DNA from: Ginglymostoma cirratum
Lineage: Eukaryota
Assembly (NCBI GenBank): GCA_024137785.1
Contig: JAHRHZ010000012.1
Location: 62,520,854-62,584,853 of the forward strand
Direction of reading: 5' to 3'
Length of the DNA: 64,000 nt
In this document: positions 12,328-24,975 of the stretch, in pieces
Layout of the letters: every line of letters starts with the position of its first letter
How positions within the stretch are numbered: the stretch's first letter is position 1
Translations under genes and position numbers: made by a program
The notes under the pieces: generated by a model
What the model was told of the DNA's origin: nothing
Databases searched by the model: none
The model's input: the letters and a program-made list of their open reading frames with translations, nothing else

Positions 12328-13639
12328 ATTAGCAGATGTTCAGGTGAACATCTGCTTGATGTAAAAAGTCTTCTTGGGGCCTGGGATAGGTGTGAGGGGG
12401 GAGGTGTAGGGGCAGGTGTAGCACTTCATTAGCTGGGTTGTAGAATATCGGAGCAAGGAAGTCTTACTACAATTTTATAAACCATTGGCTGGGTCACAGA
12501 TTAGATATTGTGTGAAGTTCTGATCATCACATTATAGAAGGGACGAGATTGGACTGGAGAGGGTGCAGAGGAGATACACCAGGCTGTTAGATAACAAGGT
12601 GTAGAGCTGGATGAACACAGCAGGCCAAGCAACACCAGAGGAGCAGGAAAACGGACGTTTCGGGCCTAGACTCTTCTTCGCCAGGATGTTGTCTGGGCTG
12701 GAAAGTCTCAAATATGAGGAGAGATTGGATGGGCTGCGTTTGTTTTCCTCGGAGCAGAGGAGGCTGAGGGGGCAATCTGATTGAGGTCTCCAAAATTATG
12801 AGAGGCATAAACAGATTAGATGGTGAGAATCTTTTCCACAGTGCAGACATGCCCAAGACCAGAGGGAATAGGATTAAGGTAAGGAGCTGGTAATTTAGAG
12901 GGGATCTGAGGGAAAAGATGTGCTTCTTGAGACATTGCTGAGGCAACATTTGAGAAAGATCTAGTTGAGCACTTAAAATGCCAGGACGTTGTAGGCTATG
13001 GATCAAGTGCAGATAATTGGGATTAGTACAGTTTAGTACAAAAACAGAAATTGCTGGCGAAACTCAGCAGGTCAGGGGAAGAAAGTAGAGTTTTTGAGTC
13101 CAATGACTCTGCATCAGAAAACCCTTGTGTAGTTTGGTGTCTGATTGTCAGCACAGACATGGTGGCTGAAGGACTTGTTTCTATCTCTATGTCTCTCTTT
13201 CCCTATGTCTCTCTAAAATTTGGCCGAGTTGACCAGTGCATTCATAGTGGCAGAATGATCATGGGAAGTAATATCTCTGGTGTAAAAAGGATAATAAAGA
13301 GAGAACTGAACACGAGGAAACAGTTAACCTCAATGCACAGAAGAATGAACTCAACAAAATCCTGATTCCTGATCAATTATTAACAATACGACAATGACAC
13401 ACACATTAGCTGCAATGATCAGTTCCTATCAAGAATGGAAGAAGCATTATCACCTGAACAGGCTGTAAGCTAAGCACCCATCATTATGTTGGAAATCACA
13501 TATCTTTCTGCTGTGCAAACAGCAGGGGAGTAGATAAGGAACTATCTCTGATTTTGCAGTTCTGCATAGCTCAAGATAAAGAGGTGTGAAAGACCAAGCA
13601 ATCAAGTAGGCTGTTAACCAAATATATGCTGAGCCCTAA

Positions 13640-13830
13640 ATAGAAACATAGGGGCATGAGTAGGCCATTCAGCCCACATAGCCTATTCTATCACTCAATG
13701 TGGTCATAGCTGATCCTCTATCTTAATTACATATTCCTGCTCTTTTCCCACACTCTTTGAGATCTTTAGTGTCTGGAAATCTATTTTTTTCTTAAATGTT
13801 TTCAGTGACTTAACTTCCACAGTCTTATGT
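13640..13830 (-). mobile_element. CR1 3' tail
   Basis: gagtaggccattcagccc...cactcaatgtggtcatagctgatc antisense CR1 end. Confidence 0.7.
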
Positions 13831-13899
13831 GCTGGAGAGTTTCTCTTTTATTGAACTACGTTGATATTTCAATGGCCAGAAAGTCATTATTCCTGTGTA

Positions 13900-14690
13900 G
13901 ATGGAAGTTGCTCATGGGAACCTTCGCAGAATCCCCATCATAACAGACTTCGAAGGAATTACCCAGGAAATTGAACGCTCTGATGGGCATTTTTTCTAGG
14001 CTTGGGACTCTCTGAAAGTGTCCAATTACATTGGAGAATTCAGAGGATTTGATGAAATTAAGTAAAGACTTACTGAGGAAAAGTTAAACTATTAAATACA
14101 TACTTCTAACTCCTGAGTAACTGTTCAACTGACACTATACTTGCCTCAGTCAATCCTAATTGCGCTCTACAGACCATTCACATCACCCAGATCCTGAAGT
14201 GATATCCACTTCTCTTCCTTGGGACCCAACACCTTGCCCTTCTACAGACCAGACAGTACCCTTTCCCTGTTCACCACTTGCCTTGTGTTTGATACCTACC
14301 CTCTCTCACATCCTTTTCAATGTGATATTGCCATCCATTCTAACCTGCCCTATGTGCCACATCACTTACCTGCCTCCCCTATCACCTTCTTGCCTAACCC
14401 CTTGCCCTCCTAGATCCTTACCACCTGACACCCTGCCAACTTGCATCCTACACACATGTCAGCCCTCTCCCTGGAAACCCACTCCCGACCTAACTGGTAT
14501 CCTATCTACTTGGCACACTAGCCATTTAGCATCCTACACTCCTGGCACCCTCGCCCCTACCCACTTGGCACCCTGTTCCACATGGCACCCCACATACCCT
14601 GCTCTCTCTTACCCAATGGGACACCCTATTCTTTCAGCACTCTAACCTCATTCTCACCCTATGTACTATCCATTTAACAGCATCATCCAG
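13900..14690. repeat. C-rich low-complexity tract, probably inside an old non-autonomous DNA element
   Basis: Repeated cacc/ccct/tggcacc units; flanking ggaattacccaggaaatt motif loosely echoed near 41970 and 44930. Confidence 0.35.
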
Positions 14691-14726
14691 AAAGACAGTA
14701 TTACCTTTCACATATGCATGTGAACA

Positions 14727-15662
14727 TAGGAGATATGGTTCGAAAGTTTGCAGATGACGCCAAAATTGGTTGTGTAGGGGACAGCTGAGAAGATTACCTC
14801 AGAGTATAACAGGACCTTGACCAGATGGACCAATGGGCCAAGGAGTGGCAGATGGAGTTTAATTTAGATAAATGTGAGGTGTTGCATTTTGGAGAGGTAA
14901 ATCAGGGCAGGACTTATACGCTTAATGGTGAAGCCCTGGGAGTGTTGCCAAACAAAGAGACTTTAAAATGCAGCTTCATAGTTCCTTGAAAGTGGAGTTG
15001 CAGGTACTCAGAGTAATGAAGAAAGCGTTTGGTACGCTTGCCTTTATTGTTCAGTGCATCGAGTATAGGAGTTGTGAAGTCATGTTGCAGCTGCACAGGA
15101 CATTATTAGACTACTTTTGGAATTCTGCTCTCAATTCTGGTCTCCCTGCTGTAGAAAGAATGTTGTGAAACTTGAAAGGGTTCAGAAAAGATTTATAAGG
15201 ACATTGCCAGAGTTGGGGGTTTGAGCTATAGGGAGAGGCTGAATAGGCTGGGGCTATTTTCCCTGGAGTGACAGAGGCTGAGGGGTGACCTTATAGAGGT
15301 TTATAAAATCATGAGGGGCATGGATAGGGTGAATAGACAAAGTCCTTTCCCCAGGGTAGGGGAGTCCAAGACTCTAGGGCAGAGGTTTAAGGTGAGAAGG
15401 GAAAGATTTAAAAGGGACCTAAGGGGCTACTTTTCCATGATGAGGGTGGAGTGTGTATGGAATGAGCTGCCAGAGGAAGTGTTGGAGGCTGGTACAATTA
15501 CAACATTTAAAAGGCATGTGGATGGGTATATGAATAGGAAGGGTTCAGAGGGATATGGACCAAATGCTGGCAAATGGGACCAGATTAATTTAAGATATCT
15601 GGTTGGCATGGATAAGTTGGATTGAGGGGTCTGTTTCCAAGCTGTACAATCTATTGACTCTA
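14727..15662 (+). mobile_element. HER1/CR1 LINE, relatively young 3' portion
   Basis: KFADDAKIG, WQMEFNLDKCEVLHFG, VYKIMRGMDRVN, WNELPEEV.EAGTITTFKRH. Confidence 0.93.
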
Positions 15663-15762
15663 TATTTTCCAAAAATGCCCAGCTCTCCTTCACTGTTACT
15701 TCTCCTGCCTCCTCCCAAACTTATTATGAATTGATCCATATACTAGGTAAGGACGTAAAACA

Positions 15763-16135
15763 TAGACAACACATTGTGGAGCTGGAGGAGCACAGCAGGC
15801 CAGGCAGCATCAGAGGAGCAGGAAAGCTGATGTCCAGCTCCACACTGTGTTATCTCTGACTCCAGCATTGGCAGTTTTTACAACCTCTGAGTGAGTTATA
15901 ACCCCACTGCGAAGCCTCTTCTAGGGATACCTACCTTGGAGAAGTTATCCTCCTCCCTCCGGAAAGACCTCAGTGGATCTCTCGCCCATTGCAAGCCTCT
16001 GGTAATCTCTTCGGCCCTGAAGCTGCTCGATATGAAGAAGGGTCCTGATCCAAAATGTCAACTTTCCTGCTCGTATGACGCTGCCTGGCCTGCTGCGTTA
16101 TCTCTGACTCTGGCATCAGCAGTTCTTACTATCTC
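15763..16135. mobile_element. Rearranged Penelope family A insertion with probable ORF N-terminal piece, 15-bp TSD
   Basis: taaggacgtaaaaca 15748-15762 / taaggatgtaaaaca 16136-16150; pLTR arms flank LEKLSSSLRKDLSGSLAHC..VISSALKL. Confidence 0.75.
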
Positions 16136-16189
16136 TAAGGATGTAAAACAGTTGCTTTACATGTCTAAATATATAGCATGAACAGCTGC

Positions 16190-16680
16190 CATCTGCATTT
16201 CTATAGTATCTACGACATTTGAAATCATTCATTTTGTATTTGGAGGCTTATGCAACGGAACAGAAAGGAGAAAGGAAAATTTAGAACAGAGATTAAAGGC
16301 AAAGTCTATTAAAAGATTTTGAGGAATGCATCTGCCACAGTGAAGGAATGAGGGAGCAAATTTGCAAGGACAGGGAAATGGCAGGTAAACATCAGGCTAG
16401 AGGAGTAGACAATTTGGGAGTGGGGCAATGACATTTGAAAGTAATACATGAAAGAAAGGATCTTGAAATTAAATTGCTTCTCAGAGAGGAGACCAGATCG
16501 AACTTGGAAGGGACAAGGATGCTTGGAGTATAGGATGCTTGAACTTGTTTCAGATATGCTGGAGGTTGTGGAAAGAGAGCTGGGAGATTAGATGAGAGAA
16601 CTTCAGACAAGCTGAGTTTTGGGGTAATTGGGAGGATTGGGATTTTGAATGGGCTTTTTTGTGGGCCATATAGAAAGGTC
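16190..16680 (-). mobile_element. Old L2-like LINE 3' remnant
   Basis: ctgcatttctatag antisense L2 tail and purine-rich decayed body. Confidence 0.4.
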
Positions 16681-16759
16681 ATTTTATGAATGAGATACCA
16701 AGGATAATTGTCTAAGTTGCTCAATCCAATTGGTGGATTCGATGCAACTCACATTCTTG

Positions 16760-17095
16760 GTGTGACACAGCGGATCAGTGATTAACACTGTTGCCTCACA
16801 GTGCCAGGTACTAGGGTTTGTTTCCAGCCTTGGGTGACTTTGTACATTTTCCCTGTGTCTCCATGGGTTTCCTTCCACAGTCCCAAATGTGCAGGTTAGG
16901 TGGATTGGCCATGCTAAATTGCCCATAGTGTCCAGACTAGGTGGGTTAGCCATGGGAAATAAAGGGATAGGGTGGTGGTGGGTGGGGTGTGTGTTTGCTA
17001 CTGCGTTTAGATGGGATGCTCTTTGGAAGGTTGGTGTGTACTAAAAGGGGGAGTGTCGAATGGCCTCTTTTCACACTGTAGGGATTCTATGATTC
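16760..17095 (+). mobile_element. HE1-type V-SINE
   Basis: cactgttgcctcacagtgccagg head, gtgcaggttaggtggattggccatgctaaattgccc V-domain, cactgtagggattctatga HER1-like tail. Confidence 0.9.
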
Positions 17096-17649
17096 TCATG
17101 GGAAAATGATAGTTGGGGTCCTACCTCTTTGAGTTGGCAATTTACTGGTCCATCTTAAAATTCTTTCAGCCAGGCCCATGGGAATAACTGGAGCAGCCGA
17201 GATGTGACCTCATGCTATTTTCAACTGCTGACCAGCTGTGCCTCACGCAAGAAACATCAGCTGTCATTTGTAAACCACTCTCCTGGTGGAATTGTAAGCC
17301 AGAAAAGAATCAGTGTCTTCAGGAGAACTGAGAGTGACCACTCTGTTTTAATTGCCATGTGCTGCACAGTAGGAAGGGTCCTGCTGGAGCAAATTCATGG
17401 CTAATAACGAAACAGATTAACTAAAACAAATAACAAATGTGACAACAGTACAATTTTAAAATAACTAAATATTATGAGCAACTTACTGTGAAGCAGTCAA
17501 TTGTTTAGTCAGCATTATGTAATGTTCTGTAGAATTTATTCTGTCTCCCGTTGCCTCTATCAATTAGATATATAAATGTTTACATTTAAATATGACTCCA
17601 AACCATGTAATAATTTATTGCACTGTTCCTTTCTTTTCAACCTCATTAG

Positions 17650-17812
17650 ATCATAGAACTATAAAGTATAGGAGTCAAGGAAGGCCTCTCGATCTGCTGT
17701 GTCTGCTCTGCCTTTCAGTGACATCATGGCTGATCTGATCATCCTCAAACTTTTCTGCTTTATTCCCATAATTCTTGATTCTCTTCCTGATCACAAATCT
17801 GTCCAACTCAGC
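17650..17812 (-). mobile_element. CR1 3' tail
   Basis: gaaggcctctcgatctgctgtgtctgctctgcc...atcatggctgatctg. Confidence 0.65.
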
Positions 17813-17929
17813 CCTGGACAAAATCCTGGTCTTCTGCGCAGAAATCTCCTAAATAAAGCCCACCATAGCATTACAACCATCCAAATAAACTCCACACAAC
17901 AACAATTCATCTTTTCGAGAAGATTTGTA

Positions 17930-18810
17930 GATCGGGTTGTAGATGAGGTTGTAGACATGCTCACTGAGCCAGTGGGTTCGGTTGCAAATGTTTTGTCACC
18001 CTGCTGGGTAACATCATCAGTGCACCTCTATTGAAGCGTCGGTGTTCTGTCCCGCTTGTTATTTATATGCCTCAGTTTGTAGTTTGTTGGGGTGTTTGGT
18101 ATTATTTCTGGCTATAATTAAAAGTTTATTATATTAAAAGAATAATCCGTCATTACCTCCGGGACAGACCACATAACAGGAAGACATAACACCACTGGAC
18201 TCACTAGTCACCCTACTGTACATCAAGGACATTTCAGAGATGACCACAAGACTATTCAGACCCCTAGGTATCAGGGTAGCCCACAAATCAACAAGCACCC
18301 TGCGACAGCTACTGATGAATGTCAAGGATCCCATACCCAAAACCTGCAAAACTGGTGTAATATACAAAATACCATGCAAAGACTGTGAGAAACACTACAT
18401 AGGCCAAACCGGGAGAAAACTGACAATATGGATAGACAAACACCAACTAGCCACCAAGAGACACGACCAATTCTCACTTGTCTCACTGCACACGGACAGT
18501 GAGGGACACAAATTCATCTGGGACAACATATCCATAATTGCACAAGGCAAACAGAGAAACGGCAGGGAATTCCTGGAGGCCTGTATTCTAACTGGAACTC
18601 CATCAACATTGAATTAGACCCTGTGCACAAACAACTGAGAAACAGGACCAGAAGTAATACCAAACACCCCAACAAACTGAGGCATATAAATAACAAGCTG
18701 GACAGAACACCGATGCTTCAGTGGAGGCCCATTGATGATGTTATCGAGCAGGTGACAAAACATTTGCAACCAAACACAATGGCTCAGCGAGCATGTCGGC
18801 AACTTCAACA
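17930..18810 (+). mobile_element. Penelope-like element family C with inverted terminal repeats
   Basis: ~17945-18110 is the reverse complement of ~18648-18807; decayed hammerheads at 17986-18020(-) and 18732-18764(+). Confidence 0.88.
18240..18617 (+). pseudogene. Penelope RT-linker plus GIY-YIG endonuclease fragment
   Basis: LPYIKDISEMTTRLFRPLGIRVAHK...GVIYKIPCKDCEKHYIGQTGRKL..H...REFLEA. Confidence 0.9.
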
Positions 18811-18949
18811 ATTAATCTCCCAAAAAAACTCACAACTGAACTAAATCTTTCAAAAACTAATGCTGACCATAGATAAGCTCCCCCACCAACCAAAATAACA
18901 TGCCCCTAACTATGAAGCTAGATACTGCCAAATAAACCTGTTTAATCTC

Positions 18950-19150
18950 AAATTTATTTGTTGGATATGTTTGCTGGCTAAACCAACATTTAATGCCATC
19001 CCAGACTGCCCTTGAATGGAGTTGTTAGACGGCCATTTTAGAGGGTCTGGAGTCACATTAGGCTTGCTACCTTCTGCCATGGTGGAGTTTGAACCCACAT
19101 CCAAAGAGCATTAGCCTGGTACTCTGGTACAGTGATATTAACCACTATGT
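18950..19150 (-). mobile_element. Deleted SINE family B copy
   Basis: gggtctggagtcacat, ttctgccatggtggagtttgaaccc. Confidence 0.55.
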
Positions 19151-19699
19151 CATTGCTTTGCCATTCAGCACCAAAGCCAGATTGGAAAGCCTATGGCCTC
19201 TGCTGGTTATTCAGTGAGGCCTCCCTCGCAACAAAAACTCTTTCAGGAATAACCTCAGCTGGATCCATGGTATCAAGCAAATATCTCCCCAGGTTGCTGC
19301 AGTGTGAAACACACCCGGCCCCCCTCATACCCCATAACATGATGTGAGAAAGTGTCACCTGGGCCAATCCAGAACCCATGGTTTCCAGCTAGTCTCACAC
19401 CTCAGTCCCACACTGCAGCAGGCATCAGGACTTCTCAACTAATTCCTATTTAAAGATAGTCTTCATCAACTTGACCAAGTTTGACATCTTGGATAGGTAG
19501 GGAGATAAAAATTGGTGAGCTGCCTTTGCTGATTATGACCAATTAATGTAGACCATGGTAGCATGTTGTTAGAACTGATGCCATTACTCCTCAGCCATCG
19601 GCCATCTTGCCCATCTCAATCTGACTACAATTACGTTCTATGAGCATTTGCCGCTTAAATTTTGCAGTGTTTTGGACAGCTAAAGTTATAATGAGAGAA

Positions 19700-19938
19700 T
19701 TTAAATATACTTTTCCATGCAGAGTGTATGGAATGAGCTGCCAGATGAAGCGGTAGAGGCTGGTACAATGACAACATTTAAAAGGCATCTGGATACGTGT
19801 ACAAATGGGAAGGGCTTAGAAGGACATGGGCTAAATGCTGACAAATGGGACTAGATTTATTTAGGATATCTGGCCAGCATGGACAAGTTGGGTGGAATGG
19901 TCTGTTTCTGTGCTGTACATCTCTCTGACTCTATGACT
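19700..19938 (+). mobile_element. HER1/CR1 3' end
   Basis: WNELPDEAVEAGTMTTFKRHLD and tail ctgtgctgtacatctctctgactctatga. Confidence 0.88.
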
Positions 19939-22544
19939 GAATATATACATATGATTGTATGTTACTTTTTCTTTACATGTGAAAGATTGCAGCTGATTGA
20001 ACAAATTGGACAGTACGTGTTGCACACTAAGCTAAAACTAAGGAATGAATCAATCACACAAAAAAAAATCAACTTCTGTTATATTGCTATTTTATATAGC
20101 TGCTCCAAATATACCATGCACAGCTGGCTGCAAAATGTGCTGTTTTGGGAATTTGCCAGGAAACTGGAAATACTTGTTTTGTTACATTCAGACTGTAAAG
20201 AATTCCCCAGTAGCTAGATGATAGCACAGTGCAAAATATGTTTTCATAGTAGATTTGAGTCATGGTGCAGGTTTAGGAAATACCTTCAGTTCTAAACTAT
20301 AGTATAGATGGATAGCTGGTTGGAATTCTCTAAGCTACATTAAAATTTGGTTCCTTGTATAAATTGGGGATTCAGTCTGAATCTTTGTTCTTCCTCAGTT
20401 AGCCACTTCTCTTTTATTTTCGTGCTCTGAGCCATCTGCTCAGGACATATAAAATTTCTTATGAGCTTTCACAATGGCTCAGAGATTTAAACAGTAAGAA
20501 GCTGAACGTTAGAGGTCAGAAAGATCCCAGATTCAGACTGATTTCATCAACTGCGTTCAGGCACTTCATTTGGCCTCTTGATTTGGGGTCAAGGAAAATT
20601 TTCTTAGCTTCTCAATCTTTATTGCTAAGGAACTCGCAAAGAAATTGGGTCAGACTTTAGCTGTGATCACTATACCAGCATCAATCACCTCCAAAGTTAG
20701 AGGCAATGAACTTCTGCAAGGGGTTCTTGTATTTGTTTGATGTAAGAGCTGTGGAAACTCTAGGGGAAAAAAAAGCAGTGTAAAGGCCTCTTCTCCAACA
20801 TTGCCTCAGCTCTTCCCCCAAAGTGAACTACAACTTCCTGTCTAGACTCAATTCACACACAAATGAGGATCACCTGGGTGAAGTCCCTATAGACACATGA
20901 GTACGTGCGAAGCTGAATCCTAGCAATAAGCCAAAGCCTTCAGGAGAAACGAAACTTATTGGCATTCCTTAATTAAAACAAACAAAGGTTATTGTTACAC
21001 CCATCAAATATTAAAATACATAAGCAGACCGAATACACTTTCTGGAGTGGGAAAGTGAATTTAATTTTATTTTGTATTCTGAAGCAGCAGCTTAAAACAG
21101 ATTTTGCAGTTGCCACATCTCATAGTCTACTTATGAATGCACTTTTCATTTCCCAGTGTTGGAGAAATTGGAAACTAATATCTGTCTAGTGAGTAAGAAG
21201 AGGGTGGGGGAGGGTTGTGAAATGTGCCCTGTTCACATTACACTTAGGTTAGCAACGTCCTTTGGGTCACAAGGCAGTTTGACCCTAAATCATCAGGAAA
21301 ACAGTTTCCAATGTAAGTGGGATTTTAACTGAGGAGGTCAGATAAAAATTCTTTAAATTTTACAGAGGTCAGGTCCTGTTGGAAAACTTCAGTATAAATA
21401 TATCTACAACAGAAATCTGTAACTTGAATACCAGATGTTTCGAGTAGCAAACTCCATGACATCAGTGTTTTGAAACATGTCTGTAAGCATTTACTGTTCT
21501 CTTGGCATTTGCCCGACATCAAAATTTGTCAAGGTAAACAGTCTAGCGTCAAATTTAGTCACTTAGGGTTTATTGATATCAATTTTGCAAATATTTTACT
21601 GGGCTATGATTGTTGCAATGTGAATGGGGCTCTTGAGTCTTAAAAAGCCATAATATTCCATAAATACTTTGAGACAATCACAGCACATGCGTTCCAAGTA
21701 CATACCCTAATGATGGCTCAGTTTCTAAATATTTTGACCAGTGTGGGATGGAGCAAACACAGGCCAAGATGATTTGAGGTTCAAGCTGCAGTTTGTGCAG
21801 ATGTATCTGATTTCAACTTTGCTGGCAACACGTTCCTTTAAAAACCCTACTCCAGAGAGAAGAAATGTCAGCCAGTGTTAACTTTCTGGTAGATATCCAA
21901 CAATATATTTCTCTAAACAACGTGAATGAATACAGAGCAGGCTTGACTGTGATTCCCTTCATTGTCAAACAGCCCTCATTGGCTGTACAGAACCATGCAT
22001 AGCAACAATCCCTTAGATGAGTCCATGAGTTGAAGGTACATCCATGGTCAGGATATTGTATGGCTTGGAGGGGAACATGCAGATAGTGACTTTCCCATGA
22101 GCTATGTGATTTTAGAGGTGCTATTGAAGAAACCTTAGTGAGTTGCTCGCTTGTAGATAGTACACATTCCATGCTGATGTTTAAGTGAGCTGAATGTTGT
22201 TGGTGGTGTATTGAGTTTCTTGAGTTTTATTGGAATTGCTGGAAAGTGGAGAGAATTACTTCACAATCTGTACTTATGTCACTTGGACTGTGCAAAGGCT
22301 TTGAGGAGCCAGCTTGTAATTTGATCGCCTCTGAAAACTCAACCTCTCACCTATTGATGTAGCCACAGTATTTATGAGACTGGCTCAGATAAGTTGTCGG
22401 TCATGGGTAATCCTCACAATAGTGATGGTAGGAGATACAATAACAGGAATCCAAATGACTGTCAAAGCAAGCTGTGTAGAATCTCTTGTTGGAGATAGGT
22501 ATTACTGAGTACATGCAGCATGAATGTTACTTTCTGCTTACTAG

Positions 22545-24040
22545 TGTTCCAACCAATCCCCTGGTGAGGTTTCCAAATTGCTATGGTTCCACATGGGAAA
22601 CCTCAAACTGTTAAGCTCCTTGGTGAGAAGGGATGAACTGGCTCCATTTGGTTCTACACTTGTCTCCCAGGTGGTTGCAGCAAGTTTACTTTTAGAAGGA
22701 ACGCTTCTCTTGTGGATACTTTTCTCTGAGACACAGATATTTCAAAAGGGGTCAACTTTAGTAGGGTTTTCTTGAAATAACAAAGAGAGTGAACTCATTA
22801 ATTACTAAACAAAAGACGAAAATAGGAATGCAACAGACATACACGCAGATTAGAATTATGACGTGAGTCCAAAAAGATAAAACGGAAATGAATATATATG
22901 GATTGATTTCTAAGTTTTGCATAAAGTGCAGATAGCTGAACCTTGCATTTATTGCAGTGGTGTTACCATTAGCAACAACATTGGTAATTTGACAGTTGAC
23001 TTCAAGACTCTTGGCTTTGTAGGTTGATTAAAATGCTTATGTACAGTCTTTCAGCAATAGTTGATTGGCAGCACTCAGCGTGAGGAATGGCTTTTTTTCT
23101 TTCCTTACCCATAGTGCAGGGGTGGTTAAAAAGCCATTCTGAGAGCTGAGACCTCCACAGCACACCGATCCATGCATTTGGACATCAGGCAATCTGCATA
23201 CACAGACCGTGGTTGGACATAAAAATCAAAAGAACTGCAGATGCTATAAATCAGGAACAAAAACAGAACTGAGGAAGGGTCACTGGATCCGAAACGTTAA
23301 CTCTGATTTTTTTCTTCACAGATGCTGCCAGATCTTCTGAGTTTTTCCAGCAAATTCTGTTTTTATCCATGGTTCAGCGACCTGGAGCCGATCAAATGAT
23401 AAGCAAAAGTCATCAACAATAGGTCACCATTACCAGACCAATCAGTTATTTGTCGCCAGCTGAACCTTCATTGTACACAACCCTTGCCCCCATGTTCTCT
23501 GCAAGTAGGCCTCCCCACCACTGCCTCAACCAACAGCAGCATGAACAGCATTTACAATGAGTGTCAGGTAACTTGCTTTTTAAAAGTGCAGGAATCATTT
23601 CCGCAATCCTTGTCCTTTCAAACAAAATGTCTGTTGACACCAATGTTACAATGATAGATTCTGAATGAACACGCTCACCTCTGTTTTTATATAAGCATAA
23701 GCATATGCAATATACGGCCGATTTTAACAACGCAAATAAAAACTTACTTTGTTTAAAAGCTTTTTCCCTTCAACAATATAATTTCGCATTGATTTTTGAA
23801 ACATTTTTATGAGCTAATTCGGTTTTATTTAAATTTAATTCTGATAATTCACTCCGAGGTGCCAGCAAATGCAATGTTTATAAAACAATCCTTTTCCCAT
23901 TTCAGCCCATAATCAAAAATATAGAAAATAAAAAAAAAATCCTCTTACAGTCCTTTTCTTAACAGAAAGTCAAACATGTTGTAATTAATGTTCAGTATGT
24001 CCATGGGTAATCCTGGGTTATGAACTGTGATCTTGAAACT
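22545..24040 (-). mobile_element. LTR-like insertion
   Basis: Interrupts LINE-B; tgtt at 22545 and ttaca at 23949; similarity to 9530-11005; right boundary uncertain (23949-24040). Confidence 0.45.
23269..23299 (+). ncRNA. Minimal hammerhead motif, intact core, in pLTR fold-back (23218-23367)
   Basis: CTGAGGA-A-GGGTC-actg-GATCC-GAAA-CGTTA. Confidence 0.68.
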
Positions 24041-24619
24041 ATTCCAAGTCTGAACATTGTCCAGGTCTTGCTTCATGCACTTCATTATATGAAGATTTAT
24101 AAATTGAAGCAAAACTGAGGGAAGCCAGCTACGAGGATCACTTGCTGAGCTTTGGTATAGTTGATGAATTGCAATGGGCAATTATTTGGTAACTTTAGCT
24201 CATCAGTCAGGACAGAGGATGGTTAGTTGAGAGAGATGTTGATGGCAGGTCTTATAGAGGTGGACAGTACCAAAGGACAGAAAACCATTAACATTGATGA
24301 AGCCTCTGATCCAAAAGTAACTAATATATATCCAAAAATAATTTCTCATTTCCTTTCTGGACAGTCACTTCTGTCAAGTAACTTGCTTTGTCCTATTCTC
24401 TTAATCATCAATATTTTTCATATGCTGTCCCTGGGTCACATCAGCCGCAAGCATGTTGCCAGACCTCCCCTCAGTGTCATCAATTATTTACAGCCCGTGA
24501 CTCGAGTGTGTTAACCAGGCTCCCATCTGCCTTTTGTGGGAGTCTCATCTGTATTCAGTTTCCTGTGCCTCAAATTTTAAACAGGCAGGAAATGGGGTCA
24601 GGATGGGATCAGTTTGAAG

Positions 24620-24975
24620 AATCTATATAAAACGTCGGTTGGGCCTCGGCCAGAGTATTGTGTGCAAGTCTGGAATCCACGTTATGGGAGGGATATGATT
24701 GCATTGCGGAGGGTGCAAAGGACACTTATCAGGATGATGCCTGGGCTGAAGCATTTTAGTAATGAAAAGAGATCAAACAGACATTTTCTTTGGAGAAGAG
24801 GAGACTGAGGAGGTAAATATTTGAGAACTATTTAGATGTAAACTTGCGATACCAAGGTGTTCGAGGCTATGGCCATGTGCTAGAAAATGGGATTAGAATA
24901 ATTAAATGGTTGTTTTTGACCAGTGCAGGCTCAATGGGGTGAAGGGCTTCTTTCTGTGCTGTAAATCTCCATGAT
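24620..24975 (+). mobile_element. CR1 3' fragment
   Basis: LYKTSVGPRPEYCVQVWNP...LRRVQR; CR1 tail. Confidence 0.85.

Larger units (their letters stand above)
11620..12423 (-). mobile_element. 5'-truncated Penelope-like element family A, 9-bp TSD
   Basis: GIY-YIG ORF, purine/pyrimidine-skewed 3' UTR, pLTR; cttcattag at 11611-11619 and 12424-12432. Confidence 0.9.
11120..13190 (+). mobile_element. CR1/HER1 LINE RT-3' region broken by several Penelope insertions
   Basis: QGTVLVSSLF, KFSVDIEIG, WSEQWQMEF, LERVQRR.T, EQRRLRGNLIEV motifs resume across inserts at ~11245, 11620, 12588, 13040. Confidence 0.82.
21960..24300 (-). mobile_element. Decayed CR1/L2-group LINE family B, split by LTR-like insert
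   Basis: ggtcaggatattgtatggcttggaggggaac, gtagccacagtatttat, gaatgttactt|...|ccaagtctgaacattgtccaggtcttg (minus QDLDNVQTW). Confidence 0.65.

Noticed and set aside
14160-14645. 161-aa Pro-rich ORF
   Set aside because: Product of a C-rich low-complexity tract; non-ATG start, no domain
19150-19440. GC-richer segment of possible coding origin (also 27880-28560)
   Set aside because: No recognisable motif in any frame; probably unclassified old repeat
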